Below are positions 48,522 to 59,217 of a stretch of DNA of 64,000 nt, piece after piece. Position 1 is the stretch's first letter, and every line of letters begins with the position of its first letter. This stretch comes from Escherichia coli O157:H7. Its GTDB lineage: Bacteria > Pseudomonadota > Gammaproteobacteria > Enterobacterales > Enterobacteriaceae. The notes beneath the pieces were generated by a model. The model was given only the letters and a program-made list of their open reading frames with translations. It searched no databases and had not been told where the DNA came from. The stretch lies in assembly GCF_013167455.1 (NCBI RefSeq), contig NZ_CP038328.1. One strand, 5' to 3'. Both the position numbers and the translations under genes were made by a program.

Positions 48522-48640
48522 GGCGCATCCGGCATTGGTGCACAATTGCCGGATGCGGCGTGAACGCCTTATCCGGCCTACGGTTGAGTGCAGTTTTGTA
48601 GGCATGATAAGACGCGCCAGCGTCGCATCAGGCATCCGGC
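48522..48640. repeat. REP/BIME cluster
   Basis: GCCGGATGCGGCGTGAACGCCTTATCCGGCCTAC and TGTAGGCATGATAAGACGCGCCAGCGTCGCATCAGGCA units. Confidence 0.85.
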
Positions 48641-48652
48641 ACCAGCGCACAA

Positions 48653-49150
48653 TTATGAAATGATACGCTCCCCGGCACTAAAATCCGTTATGTCTCCCGC
48701 CCAATCAATGGGATATAACCCTCGCGCCACATCGCGATGGAACGTTGAGAATGGCCAATCACTCACTTGCTTTACCCAGCCATGTTTTACTGGATTTATA
48801 TAAATATAATCAACATGATGGCGATAGTCTTTGGTATTGCGGATGGTGTGCTCCTAAAAACGTGGTTGCCAGATATTTTTCAATCCACAAGCATGGGTGA
48901 ACTGCTTTTTAATCTCCCGCCAGCGGGAGGAAAAATCATCATCGCTTTCGGGTAATGTCCATATGCAATGCATATGCTCCGGCAAAACGACCCAGGCGTT
49001 AATTTCAAAAGGTCTGTCTCGCTTAACGTTAATAATGGCGTTACGGAGCATCTGGAACTGAGCGGTCAGAAGGTGGCTTCGACGATTTCGTAGGTTAACC
49101 GTGAAAAACCAGGTTCCCCCTTTGATGTAATACCGACGATATTCAGACAT
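48653..49150 (-). pseudogene. rayT: REP-associated tyrosine transposase RayT with an in-frame TAG at codon 99
   Basis: ...NIWQPRF-TAG-EHTIRNTKDYRHHVDYIYINPVKHGWV... continues in the same frame to TAA at 48653. Confidence 0.8.
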
Positions 49151-49244
49151 GGCAACTCCTTTTTCTCAACGGTAAGAAGAAAAGGAAAGGTCGGCAATGA
49201 GGTGATGGAATAACGGGAAAGCGGCTCGCAAAAACGCACAGATT

Positions 49245-49329
49245 TGTAGGCATGATAAGACGCGTCAGCGTCGTATCAGGCATCTGCGCACAACTGCCGG
49301 ATGCGGCGTGAATGCCTTATCCGTCCTAC
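49245..49329. repeat. REP/BIME cluster
   Basis: Same two REP types as at 48522-48640, in the opposite order, so rayT is bracketed. Confidence 0.85.
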
Positions 49330-50075
49330 AAAATCGTCTCTTCCGTCAAAATCCGGCGCGCGCCTAAAAAGTGATCCTGCCAGAAAGGTTCAGCTAACCG
49401 ACTTACCCGAATGGTTTCCCCGGTGCGCGGTGACTCAATAAACTGACCGTCGCCCAGATACACCCCCATATGGTCGGCAATCTCGCGGCTGTGGATATGG
49501 AAAAACAGCAAATCTCCCCGGCGCAGGTCGTTATTCGCCACAATCGTTGCCCGATGGTAGTGATACATCTCATTAGCCGTACGCGGGAGCTTCGCCTCGA
49601 GGATCTTGTTGTAGGCATAAAAAACCAACCCGCTACAGTCAAAGCCTTTATCAGGCCGCGTGCCGCCCCAGACGTAAGGCTTGCCAAGCTGCTGCTCCAG
49701 GCGGTGAATCGCCACTTCGGTAATGTTATGCAGATGGTCGCTGCTTAAAAAGTGGTTGTTTTCCGCCAGCGCCTGCCAGCGTCTGTCACTCGCCTTGAGC
49801 GGTGCAGGAAACCATTCTGGATGCTGTTTTATCTGTTCGCGGTTGTGCTGGCGTAGCGCCCTTCTGCTTTCGGCATTGCCTTCCACAATATAGCTGACCA
49901 GCTTTTTCAGATGGGTTTGGTACTGTTTTAATAAACGCGCACGGTTTTGCATCCGCTGGCGGGCGGCGTAGCTGAAAGAGATATGTGATGTGGTGGCGCT
50001 GGCAAATGAAGAAAACGGCAAACAAATCAACAGTAATCCCGACAATACAAAGGATGGAATCGACGGCAAGGACAT
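49326..50075 (-). CDS. yafL: NlpC/P60-family lipoprotein/peptidase YafL
   Basis: Start at MSLPSIPSF; FDCSGLV...H catalytic pattern. Confidence 0.9.
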   Translation of the reverse strand: MSLPSIPSFVLSGLLLICLPFSSFASATTSHISFSYAARQRMQNRARLLKQYQTHLKKLVSYIVEGNAESRRALRQHNREQIKQHPEWFPAPLKASDRRWQALAENNHFLSSDHLHNITEVAIHRLEQQLGKPYVWGGTRPDKGFDCSGLVFYAYNKILEAKLPRTANEMYHYHRATIVANNDLRRGDLLFFHIHSREIADHMGVYLGDGQFIESPRTGETIRVSRLAEPFWQDHFLGARRILTEETIL

Positions 50076-50284
50076 ACTCAATAATGGCTGGTCATGCATT
50101 GATGTTACAGTGTATCCCGGCCCGTACCTGAACAAACTTAATAAACCATTATTATAAAATTAATAAATATATTTCAGTTAATTATGTAAAAACATCCGTT
50201 TATTAAATTACTCATAGATTGTCGCTGTTGCTCATTTGAGCTACAATTCAAGCTGAATAAATATACAGCATAGGAGATATCCCA

Positions 50285-50545
50285 ATGGCTGCTAACGCAT
50301 TTGTTCGCGCCCGAATCGATGAAGATCTGAAGAATCAGGCGGCGGACGTACTGGCCGGGATGGGGCTGACCATCTCTGACCTGGTTCGCATAACCCTCAC
50401 AAAGGTCGCGCGTGAAAAGGCATTGCCGTTTGATTTACGCGAGCCTAATCAATTAACCATTCAATCAATCAAAAACAGCGAAGCTGGCGTTGATGTTCAT
50501 AAGGCCAAAGACGCCGATGATTTATTTGATAAATTAGGAGTTTAA
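50285..50545 (+). CDS. dinJ: Antitoxin DinJ
   Basis: 86 aa; recognised. Confidence 0.95.
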   Translation: MAANAFVRARIDEDLKNQAADVLAGMGLTISDLVRITLTKVAREKALPFDLREPNQLTIQSIKNSEAGVDVHKAKDADDLFDKLGV

Positions 50546-50547
50546 AT

Positions 50548-50824
50548 ATGATTCAAAGGGATATTGAACTCGGGACAATTTTCAAAGGATGTAAAACTTG
50601 CACAAAAGCGTCATAAGGATATGAATAAATTGAAATATCTTATGACGCTTCTTATCAATAATACTTTACCGCTTCCAGCTGTTTATAAAGACCACCCGCT
50701 GCAAGGTTCATGGAAAGGTTATCGCGATGCTCATGTCGAACCGGACTGGATCCTGATTTACAAACTTACCGATAAACTTTTACGATTTGAGAGAACTGGA
50801 ACTCACGCGGCGCTCTTTGGGTAA
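50548..50824 (+). pseudogene. yafQ: RelE-family toxin YafQ with a frameshift near codon 8
   Basis: ATG 50548 (AGGAG upstream) reads MIQRDIELGTIFKGCKTCTKAS and stops at 50614. The conserved SGQFSKDVKLAQKRHKD... frame is offset and is reachable only from TTG 50564, which has no SD. Confidence 0.75.
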
Positions 50825-50979
50825 AGCCCGCTGCCGATGAAATTTGTAAACCCTGCGCCGACAGGCTTGCGTAAAACTCTTTTGGTGATAATGTGAGCCT
50901 TCCCAATCCAGACTATTCCGATTTGGGATCCATTTTGCCGTCCTGGCGTGTGTAACCGTTTTATCAAGGAATAAGCAGT

Positions 50980-51720
50980 ATGCGTAAAATCGCATTAATT
51001 CTTGCGATGTTGTTGATCCCGTGCGTTTCGTTTGCCGGTTTGCTGGGCAGCAGTAGCTCGACCACGCCAGTGAGCAAAGAGTATAAGCAGCAGTTGATGG
51101 GATCCCCTGTCTACATCCAGATCTTCAAGGAAGAACGTACGCTCGATCTCTACGTCAAAATGGGCGAGCAATATCAACTGCTCGACAGCTATAAAATCTG
51201 TAAATATTCCGGCGGCTTAGGGCCAAAACAGCGTCAGGGCGATTTCAAAAGCCCGGAAGGGTTTTATAGCGTCCAGCGTAATCAGTTAAAACCAGACAGC
51301 CGTTACTACAAAGCGATTAATATTGGTTTCCCCAATGCCTATGACCGTGCGCATGGTTATGAAGGGAAATACCTGATGATCCACGGCGATTGTGTTTCCA
51401 TCGGCTGCTACGCGATGACCAATCAGGGCATTGACGAGATTTTCCAGTTCGTTACTGGCGCACTGGTATTTGGTCAGCCGAGCGTGCAAGTGAGCATTTA
51501 CCCGTTCCGCATGACCGACGCCAATATGAAGCGCCATAAATATTCCAACTTTAAGGACTTCTGGGAGCAACTGAAGCCAGGCTACGACTACTTTGAGCAA
51601 ACCCGTAAGCCACCGACCGTTTCTGTGGTCAATGGCCGTTACGTGGTCAGCAAGCCGTTAAGCCACGAAGTTGTGCAACCACAACTGGCATCAAACTACA
51701 CGCTCCCCGAGGCAAAATAA
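50980..51720 (+). CDS. yafK: YkuD-fold periplasmic protein YafK
   Basis: 246 aa; signal peptide; HG...C motif. Confidence 0.9.
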   Translation: MRKIALILAMLLIPCVSFAGLLGSSSSTTPVSKEYKQQLMGSPVYIQIFKEERTLDLYVKMGEQYQLLDSYKICKYSGGLGPKQRQGDFKSPEGFYSVQRNQLKPDSRYYKAINIGFPNAYDRAHGYEGKYLMIHGDCVSIGCYAMTNQGIDEIFQFVTGALVFGQPSVQVSIYPFRMTDANMKRHKYSNFKDFWEQLKPGYDYFEQTRKPPTVSVVNGRYVVSKPLSHEVVQPQLASNYTLPEAK

Positions 51721-52458
51721 GCGCCATTCGCCTGGCATAATCTTTTGCCAGGTTTCATTGCCCGTCAGCGGCTGTGTCGCAATCACCGTGACCACATCAT
51801 TCGGTGTGGTCTGCGAGCTGAAGTCGATTTCCACATCCTGATCCAGCAACGTTGCCACGCCAAACGGCGCGCGGCGGGTGATCCAGTGCAGATTGGTCGA
51901 GCAATACGCCATTACATAGCGCCCATCCGAAAGCAGCATGTTGAAAACGCCCTTCTGCCGCAGTTCATCCGCCAGTGAGGCGATATATTTAAATACCGCC
52001 GCCATATTGCCCGGCGTACGCGGATAACGCTGCGTTAATTTATACAGCAGCCAGCAAAAGGCTTTTTCGCTGTCGGTTTTACCTACCGGGCGGAAGTTGC
52101 CGGTTTCCAGTGATTTATAGCCCGTCAGTTGTCCGTTATGGGCATAAGTCCAGTTACGTCCCCATAACTCGCGGGTAAACGGGTGAGTATTTTCCAACGC
52201 CACCTCGCCCCGATTTGCCTGGCGAATATGAGCCACAACCGAACAGGATTTTATCGGGTAGTCCTGAACAAGTTTGGCAATGGGGGAATTAAAGCTGGGT
52301 TGTGGATCTTTAAATGTGCGACAGCCTTTACCTTCGTAAAAGGTAATGCCCCAGCCATCTTTATGTGGCCCGGTTCCACCACCACGCTGCACCAGCCCGG
52401 TGAAACTAAAGCAAATATCGGTAGGGACGTTGGCGCTCATCCCGAGCAATTCGCACAT
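51691..52458 (-). CDS. yafJ: Class II glutamine amidotransferase YafJ
   Basis: Start at [10 protein letters not shown] (N-terminal Cys). Confidence 0.9.
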   Translation of the reverse strand: MCELLGMSANVPTDICFSFTGLVQRGGGTGPHKDGWGITFYEGKGCRTFKDPQPSFNSPIAKLVQDYPIKSCSVVAHIRQANRGEVALENTHPFTRELWGRNWTYAHNGQLTGYKSLETGNFRPVGKTDSEKAFCWLLYKLTQRYPRTPGNMAAVFKYIASLADELRQKGVFNMLLSDGRYVMAYCSTNLHWITRRAPFGVATLLDQDVEIDFSSQTTPNDVVTVIATQPLTGNETWQKIMPGEWRLFCLGERVV

Positions 52459-52520
52459 CGGTAACCCCCACAACAGCGGGAGCGCATGGCCCCCGGCGAA
52501 GATTGACTTAAGAATTTTCA

Positions 52521-52556
52521 GGCCGGATGCGGCGTAAACGCATTATTCGGCCTACG
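52521..52556. repeat. REP element
   Basis: GGCCGGATGCGGCGTAAACGCATTATTCGGCCTACG. Confidence 0.8.
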
Positions 52557-52562
52557 CCAGAC

Positions 52563-53141
52563 TTACTTAACCATCTCTTTTTCAATTAACTGGATCAGGA
52601 TATGGATCACTTTAATGTGAATTTCCTGAATGCGGTCGGCATAACCAAAATGTGGAACGCGAATTTCAATATCCGCCGTACCAGCCATTTTGCCGCCATC
52701 TTTGCCGGTCAGGGTAATCACTTTCATTCCCTTCTCACGCGCCGCCGCGATCGCTTTGATCACGTTTGCAGAGTTACCAGACGTGGAGATCCCCAGCAGT
52801 ACATCGCCTTCGCGGCCTACCGCTTCAACATAGCGGGAGAAAATATCATTGAAACCAAAATCGTTACCGACGCAGGAAATATGGCTGACGTCAGAGATGG
52901 CAATCGCCGGGTAGCCCGGACGGTTTTCACGGTAGCGACCGGTCAGCTCTTCGGCAAAGTGCATGGCGTCGCAATGGGAGCCGCCGTTGCCGCAGGAAAG
53001 CACCTTGCCACCGGCTTTAAAGCTGTCTGCTAACAGGACCGCCGCTCGCTGAATGGCGTGAATATTGGCGTCATCTTTTAAAAAGTTAGCCAGCGTTTCC
53101 GCCGCTTCGTTCAGTTCGTTACGAATAAGATCCTGGTACAT
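52563..53141 (-). CDS. gmhA: Sedoheptulose-7-phosphate isomerase
   Basis: Start at [15 protein letters not shown] (192 aa). The track ORF is over-extended. Confidence 0.95.
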
Positions 53142-53380
53142 GAGGATATCCTTCAGCATAAATGTAATAGACAAAATGCAGTGTACCGGATACCGCCAAA
53201 AGCGAGAAGTACGGGCAGGTGCTATGACCAGGACTTTTTGCCCTGAAGTGTAGATAAAAACAGCAACAATGTGAGCTTCGTTGTAATTATATTGTAAACA
53301 CATTGCTAAATGTTTTTACATCCACTACAACCATATCATCACAAGTGGTCAGACCTCCTACAAGTAAGGGGCTTTTCGTT

Positions 53381-55825
53381 ATGATGATTTTGAGTATTCT
53401 CGCTACAGTTGTCCTGCTCGGCGCGTTGTTCTATCACCGCGTGAGCTTATTTATCAGCAGTCTGATTTTGCTCGCCTGGACAGCTGCCCTCGGCGTCGCT
53501 GGTCTGTGGTCGGCGTGGGTACTGGTGCCTCTGGCCATTATCCTCGTGCCGTTTAACTTTGCACCTATGCGTAAGTCGATGATTTCCGCGCCGGTATTTC
53601 GCGGTTTCCGTAAGGTGATGCCGCCGATGTCGCGCACTGAGAAAGAAGCGATTGATGCGGGTACCACCTGGTGGGAAGGCGACTTGTTCCAGGGCAAGCC
53701 GGACTGGAAAAAGCTGCATAACTATCCGCAGCCGCGCCTGACCGCAGAAGAGCAAGCGTTTCTCGACGGCCCGGTAGAAGAAGCCTGCCGGATGGCGAAT
53801 GATTTCCAGATCACCCATGAACTGGCGGATCTGCCGCCGGAGTTGTGGGCGTATCTGAAAGAGCATCGCTTCTTCGCGATGATCATCAAAAAAGAGTACG
53901 GCGGCCTGGAGTTTTCAGCTTATGCCCAGTCTCGTGTGCTGCAAAAACTCTCCGGCGTCAGCGGGATCCTGGCGATTACCGTCGGCGTGCCGAACTCATT
54001 AGGCCCCGGCGAGCTGCTGCAACATTACGGCACTGACGAGCAGAAAGATCACTATCTGCCGCGTCTGGCGCGTGGTCAGGAGATCCCTTGCTTTGCACTG
54101 ACCAGCCCGGAAGCGGGTTCCGATGCGGGCGCGATTCCGGACACCGGGATTGTCTGCATGGGCGAATGGCAGGGCCAGCAGGTGCTGGGGATGCGTCTGA
54201 CCTGGAACAAACGCTACATTACGCTGGCACCGATTGCGACTGTGCTTGGGCTGGCGTTTAAACTCTCCGACCCGGAGAAATTACTCGGCGGTGCAGAAGA
54301 TTTAGGTATTACCTGTGCGCTGATCCCGACCACCACGCCGGGCGTGGAAATTGGTCGTCGCCACTTCCCGCTGAATGTGCCGTTCCAGAACGGACCGACG
54401 CTCGGTAAAGATGTCTTCGTACCGATCGACTACATTATCGGCGGGCCGAAAATGGCCGGGCAAGGCTGGCGGATGCTGGTGGAGTGCCTCTCGGTAGGCC
54501 GCGGCATCACCCTGCCTTCCAACTCAACCGGCGGCGTGAAATCGGTAGCGCTGGCAACGGGCGCGTATGCTCACATTCGCCGTCAGTTCAAAATCTCTAT
54601 CGGTAAGATGGAAGGGATTGAAGAGCCGCTGGCGCGTATTGCCGGGAACGCTTATGTAATGGACGCTGCGGCATCGCTGATTACCTACGGCATTATGCTC
54701 GGCGAAAAACCTGCCGTGCTGTCGGCTATCGTTAAGTATCACTGTACCCACCGCGGGCAGCAGTCGATTATTGATGCGATGGATATTACCGGCGGTAAAG
54801 GCATTATGCTCGGGCAAAGCAACTTCCTGGCGCGTGCTTACCAGGGCGCACCGATTGCCATCACCGTTGAAGGGGCTAACATTCTGACCCGCAGCATGAT
54901 GATCTTCGGACAAGGAGCGATTCGTTGCCATCCGTACGTGCTGGAAGAGATGGAAGCGGCGAAGAACAATGACGTCAACGTGTTCGATAAACTGTTGTTC
55001 AAACATATCGGTCACGTCGGTAGCAACAAAGTTCGCAGCTTCTGGCTGGGCCTGACGCGCGGTTTAACCAGCAGCACGCCAACCGGCGATGCCACTAAAC
55101 GCTACTATCAGCACCTGAACCGCCTGAGCGCCAACCTCGCCCTGCTTTCTGATGTCTCGATGGCAGTGCTGGGCGGCAGCCTGAAACGTCGTGAGCGTAT
55201 CTCGGCACGTCTGGGTGATATTTTAAGCCAGCTTTACCTCGCCTCTGCCGTTCTGAAGCGTTATGACGACGAAGGCCGTAATGAAGCCGATCTGCCGCTG
55301 GTGCACTGGGGCGTACAGGATGCGCTGTATCAGGCAGAACAGGCGATGGACGATTTACTGCAAAACTTCCCGAACCGCGTGGTTGCCGGGCTGCTGAATG
55401 TGGTGATCTTCCCGACCGGACGTCATTATCTGGCACCGTCTGACAAGCTGGATCATAAAGTGGCGAAGATTTTACAAGTGCCGAACGCCACTCGCTCACG
55501 TATTGGTCGCGGTCAGTACCTGACGCCAAGCGAGCATAACCCGGTTGGTTTACTGGAAGAGGCGTTGGTGGATGTGATTGCCGCCGACCCGATTCATCAG
55601 CGGATCTGTAAAGAGCTCGGTAAAAATCTGCCATTTACCCGTCTGGATGAACTGGCGCACAACGCGCTGGCGAAGGGGCTGATTGATAAAGATGAAGCCG
55701 CTATTCTGGTGAAAGCGGAAGAAAGCCGTCTGCGCAGTATTAACGTTGATGACTTTGATCCGGAAGAGCTGGCGACGAAGCCGGTAAAGTTGCCGGAGAA
55801 AGTGCGGAAAGTTGAAGCCGCGTAA
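53381..55825 (+). CDS. fadE: Acyl-CoA dehydrogenase FadE
   Basis: Start at [13 protein letters not shown] (814 aa). Confidence 0.95.
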   Translation: MMILSILATVVLLGALFYHRVSLFISSLILLAWTAALGVAGLWSAWVLVPLAIILVPFNFAPMRKSMISAPVFRGFRKVMPPMSRTEKEAIDAGTTWWEGDLFQGKPDWKKLHNYPQPRLTAEEQAFLDGPVEEACRMANDFQITHELADLPPELWAYLKEHRFFAMIIKKEYGGLEFSAYAQSRVLQKLSGVSGILAITVGVPNSLGPGELLQHYGTDEQKDHYLPRLARGQEIPCFALTSPEAGSDAGAIPDTGIVCMGEWQGQQVLGMRLTWNKRYITLAPIATVLGLAFKLSDPEKLLGGAEDLGITCALIPTTTPGVEIGRRHFPLNVPFQNGPTLGKDVFVPIDYIIGGPKMAGQGWRMLVECLSVGRGITLPSNSTGGVKSVALATGAYAHIRRQFKISIGKMEGIEEPLARIAGNAYVMDAAASLITYGIMLGEKPAVLSAIVKYHCTHRGQQSIIDAMDITGGKGIMLGQSNFLARAYQGAPIAITVEGANILTRSMMIFGQGAIRCHPYVLEEMEAAKNNDVNVFDKLLFKHIGHVGSNKVRSFWLGLTRGLTSSTPTGDATKRYYQHLNRLSANLALLSDVSMAVLGGSLKRRERISARLGDILSQLYLASAVLKRYDDEGRNEADLPLVHWGVQDALYQAEQAMDDLLQNFPNRVVAGLLNVVIFPTGRHYLAPSDKLDHKVAKILQVPNATRSRIGRGQYLTPSEHNPVGLLEEALVDVIAADPIHQRICKELGKNLPFTRLDELAHNALAKGLIDKDEAAILVKAEESRLRSINVDDFDPEELATKPVKLPEKVRKVEAA

Positions 55826-55833
55826 TTGAATAA

Positions 55834-55858
55834 CGGAGCCGAAAGGCTCCGTTTCTTT
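55834..55858 (+). terminator. Intrinsic terminator after fadE
   Basis: CGGAGCC-GAAA-GGCTCCG followed by TTTCTTT. Confidence 0.8.
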
Positions 55859-55867
55859 ATCCGCTAA

Positions 55868-56341
55868 TTATTTAAAATTAAAGCCATCCGGATGGTTTTC
55901 CAGGCTGCCGGTCAACGCCGCGAACAGCACCGTTTTACCATCAATCGAAAGCGCATCGTTCACATTCAACCAGGTCAGTTTCTCTTGCGACGTTTTCTCA
56001 TCAATAGTCGAGAACAGCCCCGTCATCTGATTAGATTTCTCGGACCACATCACAGCGATACGTTGCGAGCCACAGTCATGCGGTTTGCACGCGCTCATCA
56101 CCTGATACGTCTCATCTCCCAACGTTACGGTTTGTGCAGGGGTATAAGTACCGCCTTTCATCACCCAGGCAGGCAGCTTATGCCCTTGCACCATCTGATT
56201 AAATGCAGCTTTGGTGGTTTCGCCCTTTGCAAGGCTGCTAATGGTTAAATCATCCTGCGCCATTGCACTGGTGGCGATGACCAGTGCGGCGACTGTCGTT
56301 ATTGCCTTAAACATCATTCCTCCCGAGCTTATCCTGCCCAT
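55868..56341 (-). CDS. ivy: Periplasmic inhibitor of vertebrate lysozyme
   Basis: 157 aa; recognised, including the CKPHDCG loop. Confidence 0.95.
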   Translation of the reverse strand: MGRISSGGMMFKAITTVAALVIATSAMAQDDLTISSLAKGETTKAAFNQMVQGHKLPAWVMKGGTYTPAQTVTLGDETYQVMSACKPHDCGSQRIAVMWSEKSNQMTGLFSTIDEKTSQEKLTWLNVNDALSIDGKTVLFAALTGSLENHPDGFNFK

Positions 56342-56494
56342 GTTATTAACCTCCTAAAGCCTGGCGATAACACGATAATTTGCAAATCAGATATTTCCAA
56401 TATCAGCATTTGTTATCAATTTATTCTGCGCTAAGGCAACTGCCTGATAAGGTGTTAAAGTTATAAAACCCTTCGCATAAAGGAGTTGTACACC

Positions 56495-57265
56495 GTGCCT
56501 GGTTTGAAGATTACGCTTTTGCAGCAACCACTGGTGTGGATGGATGGTCCTGCCAACCTGCGTCATTTTGATCGTCAACTGGAAGGTATTACCGGGCGCG
56601 ATGTGATCGTTCTACCGGAGATGTTTACCAGCGGCTTTGCCATGGAAGCGGCTGCTTCGTCGCTAGCACAAGATGACGTAGTGAACTGGATGACAGCCAA
56701 AGCGCAGCAGTGCAATGCGCTGATTGCAGGCAGTGTTGCATTACAAACGGAGTCTGGTTCGGTTAACCGCTTTTTGCTGGTTGAGCCGGGCGGCACGGTA
56801 CATTTTTATGATAAGCGTCATCTGTTCCGCATGGCAGATGAGCATCTGCATTATAAAGCGGGCAATGCGCGAGTGATTGTGGAATGGCGCGGCTGGCGTA
56901 TTTTGCCGTTGGTGTGCTACGACTTACGTTTTCCGGTGTGGTCGCGCAATCTCAACGATTATGACCTCGCCATCTACGTTGCCAACTGGCCTGCTCCGCG
57001 CTCTCTGCACTGGCAGGCATTGCTGACGGCCCGCGCGATTGAGAATCAGGCGTATGTGGCGGGATGCAATCGCGTCGGCAGCGATGGCAACGGCTGCCAT
57101 TATCGCGGTGACAGCCGGGTGATTAATCCACAAGGCGAGATTATCGCTACTGCCGACGCGCATCAGGCAACGCGCATTGATGCGGAGCTGTCGATGGTGG
57201 CATTGCGGGAATATAGAGAAAAGTTTCCGGCATGGCGGGATGCGGATGAGTTTAGGTTGCGGTGA
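56495..57265 (+). CDS. yafV: Nitrilase-superfamily omega-amidase YafV
   Basis: GTG start at (M)PGLKITLLQQ; E-K-C triad pattern. Confidence 0.9.
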   Translation: MPGLKITLLQQPLVWMDGPANLRHFDRQLEGITGRDVIVLPEMFTSGFAMEAAASSLAQDDVVNWMTAKAQQCNALIAGSVALQTESGSVNRFLLVEPGGTVHFYDKRHLFRMADEHLHYKAGNARVIVEWRGWRILPLVCYDLRFPVWSRNLNDYDLAIYVANWPAPRSLHWQALLTARAIENQAYVAGCNRVGSDGNGCHYRGDSRVINPQGEIIATADAHQATRIDAELSMVALREYREKFPAWRDADEFRLR

Positions 57266-57365
57266 GTGGGGGCTGTATTTAGGGCGGGGAATTCAGAAAG
57301 GGATGTTTAGTGTGCTGAGCGAGAGTTAAATAATAAAAAACTGGGAAGATTTAATAATCCCCCCG

Positions 57366-58670
57366 CAGGGCAAGAGCATGAATTAAATCTGTGTTAAATT
57401 TTTCATTTTGTCAGTTCGAAACCCAAGCTCTGAGCAGGATGCAAGCACTTCTTCTATATAACATGTGTTTAACGCAACCTTCTTTCTTTTCCTCTTCACC
57501 CCACCCTTAATGTCTTTGCAATCTCTTAATAAATTCAGTGCCATCTTCTTTATTCCAGATATTATTTCGGCTGCGTTTCCTCTTCTTATCCGGCTGGCAT
57601 CTTCATTCATTTTTACATCTAACACCCAATGAAGACTGTGCTCGATCAGCCAGTGCGCTCTGATAGCATGTGCAAATTCTTTAGCATCCATATCCTTTGA
57701 TGAAATATAATATCGGATGCTTACACCTTCTGCTGATTTATCTTCTTTCTTCTGCCTGAATGACAATGCTACACAAAGCTTTTTTAATCCCTTCCATTCG
57801 AATTCAAAATCACAAAATTCAGGCGTTACGTTACTGACAATATGCAAACGTGTTTCTTTTCTTCCATGACTTATCTCCTGCGTACTAAACGAATCGCCTT
57901 TATAATTAGAAAACACATTTACAGGAAATTTTTCCTCGAATGCATGATGTAATTTCCCCTGATTGCCTTTTACTGCCAGAAGATAATCTGCTTTTTTATC
58001 TTTGATCTTCGAAGCGATATCTTTCTGACAGCCCATAGCATCAATGGTTATCAAATTTTTCTTTAAATTCAGTAGGTTAAGCAACTCTGGAATGGCTGTA
58101 ATCTCATTACTTTTGGCTTCCGTTTTTACCTGCCCCAGTACAACACCATTTTCGTTCGAGAATGCACTCACCATATGGATTGCTCCTTTTCTTTTTCCCT
58201 TATCAAAGGAGCCTCTTATGGTCTTTCCATCTATTGCTATAATTTCACCATCAGTGATTTCATGGCACTCCTGCATCCATTCAATAAATATCTTTTCAAA
58301 GGCCAAACTGTCAATGTTACTCACAACGCGTGCAATGGTGTCATCGACCGGAATGCCATTATCAAAATCACCATATTTCTTTAGCCATTCAAGTCTTTCA
58401 TGTCCAAAATCTTCAATTTCCTGCCACTCATCGGCACCTGCAATTACTGCACATACGGTGAGAAACAAAATATCAGATAATTTATGTTTAACCTTTCCTT
58501 GTTGTCGTATATCAGGGATCACTGAAATATAATCAAGCAAACTTTGAATACTCACCTGGCGTCCTTTTTATCTTTTTAGTTATTCCAAAGGTTAAATTTT
58601 GATCACCTGTAGGCGTTAAAGCCAGGATGAAAATCGTGATTTACATCACGATTTTCATGATCTTGCCCTG
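57366..58670 (-). mobile_element. ISAs1-family (H-repeat) insertion sequence, copy 1 (about 1.3 kb)
   Basis: Terminal inverted repeats CAGGGCAAGAGCATGAA (57366-57382) and TTCATGATCTTGCCCTG (58654-58670), 16/17 complementary. Confidence 0.85.
57383..58555 (-). CDS. ISAs1-family / H-repeat-associated transposase
   Basis: 390 aa. IPDIRQQGKVKHKLSDILFLTVCAVIAGADEWQEIEDFG..., DDE-type. Confidence 0.9.
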   Translation of the reverse strand: MSIQSLLDYISVIPDIRQQGKVKHKLSDILFLTVCAVIAGADEWQEIEDFGHERLEWLKKYGDFDNGIPVDDTIARVVSNIDSLAFEKIFIEWMQECHEITDGEIIAIDGKTIRGSFDKGKRKGAIHMVSAFSNENGVVLGQVKTEAKSNEITAIPELLNLLNLKKNLITIDAMGCQKDIASKIKDKKADYLLAVKGNQGKLHHAFEEKFPVNVFSNYKGDSFSTQEISHGRKETRLHIVSNVTPEFCDFEFEWKGLKKLCVALSFRQKKEDKSAEGVSIRYYISSKDMDAKEFAHAIRAHWLIEHSLHWVLDVKMNEDASRIRRGNAAEIISGIKKMALNLLRDCKDIKGGVKRKRKKVALNTCYIEEVLASCSELGFRTDKMKNLTQI

Positions 58671-58735
58671 CCCCGTCCCTTGCTCTCATGTCTTTCTGTA
58701 TGTATTTTATATTTTTCTCTTTCTGGTGTTGTTCA

Positions 58736-59217
58736 TTATGACCATTTACCAATCCAGTCAAAAACTTCATTTTTCAAATTGTTATCATAATAATCAACAT
58801 CATAATAGTCTCCATAATTAATTATTTTATAACTAGCCTTCTTGTTTTTATCACTAAAATACACCCGTTGTTTTGTAGCGCAGAACTCCATATTCTCCAG
58901 TTTACTAATGTTTTTTAATCGCACGCTATAAAGAATATCATTGAAAAAATTAAGATTTATATCAACCACTCCACAGTGCGTCTTGTAATTATTAACCATT
59001 ATACTTATAAAATGACCATTCCCTCTACTAATTTTTTGGTCATTAATTATTTTATAAATAATATTTTTTCAGAAAGATATATCTCAACGCTCTTTGGTGT
59101 TTTATGTCCATAAAATACGATGTCAGAATTTGAATTGTTATCAAACCCAAGGTAAACAACAAATAAACAAAGGGTAATTAAAAAAATGACAAGTTTGCCT
59201 CTAATAATTTGAAGCAT
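58736..59217 (-). pseudogene. Putative Rhs immunity gene split by a frameshift in an A6 run
   Basis: A 56-codon ORF (59217-59047, [25 protein letters not shown]...) overlaps the rhs stop. The 87-aa ORF frame is open back to 59068. The two frames meet at GAAAAAAT (59064-59069). Confidence 0.6.

Noticed and set aside
46787-48535. Large antisense ORFs 46787-47461 (224 aa) and 47504-48535 (343 aa)
   Set aside because: They are shadow ORFs on the opposite strand of GC-rich lfhA, with Arg/His/Gln-rich nonsense composition.
52563-53380. N-terminal extensions of the gmhA (to 53303) and fadE (from 53303) ORFs. The same issue affects proB (to 37340), yafL, yafJ, the HNH gene, the protease and the holin.
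   Set aside because: The known or RBS-supported starts lie internally, and the extensions cross promoter regions.
57351-58680. Target-site duplication for IS copy 1
   Set aside because: Both flanks are C-rich (CCCCCCG on the left, CCCCG on the right), but the shared stretch is only 5 bp and ambiguous with the IR boundary. This is not convincing.
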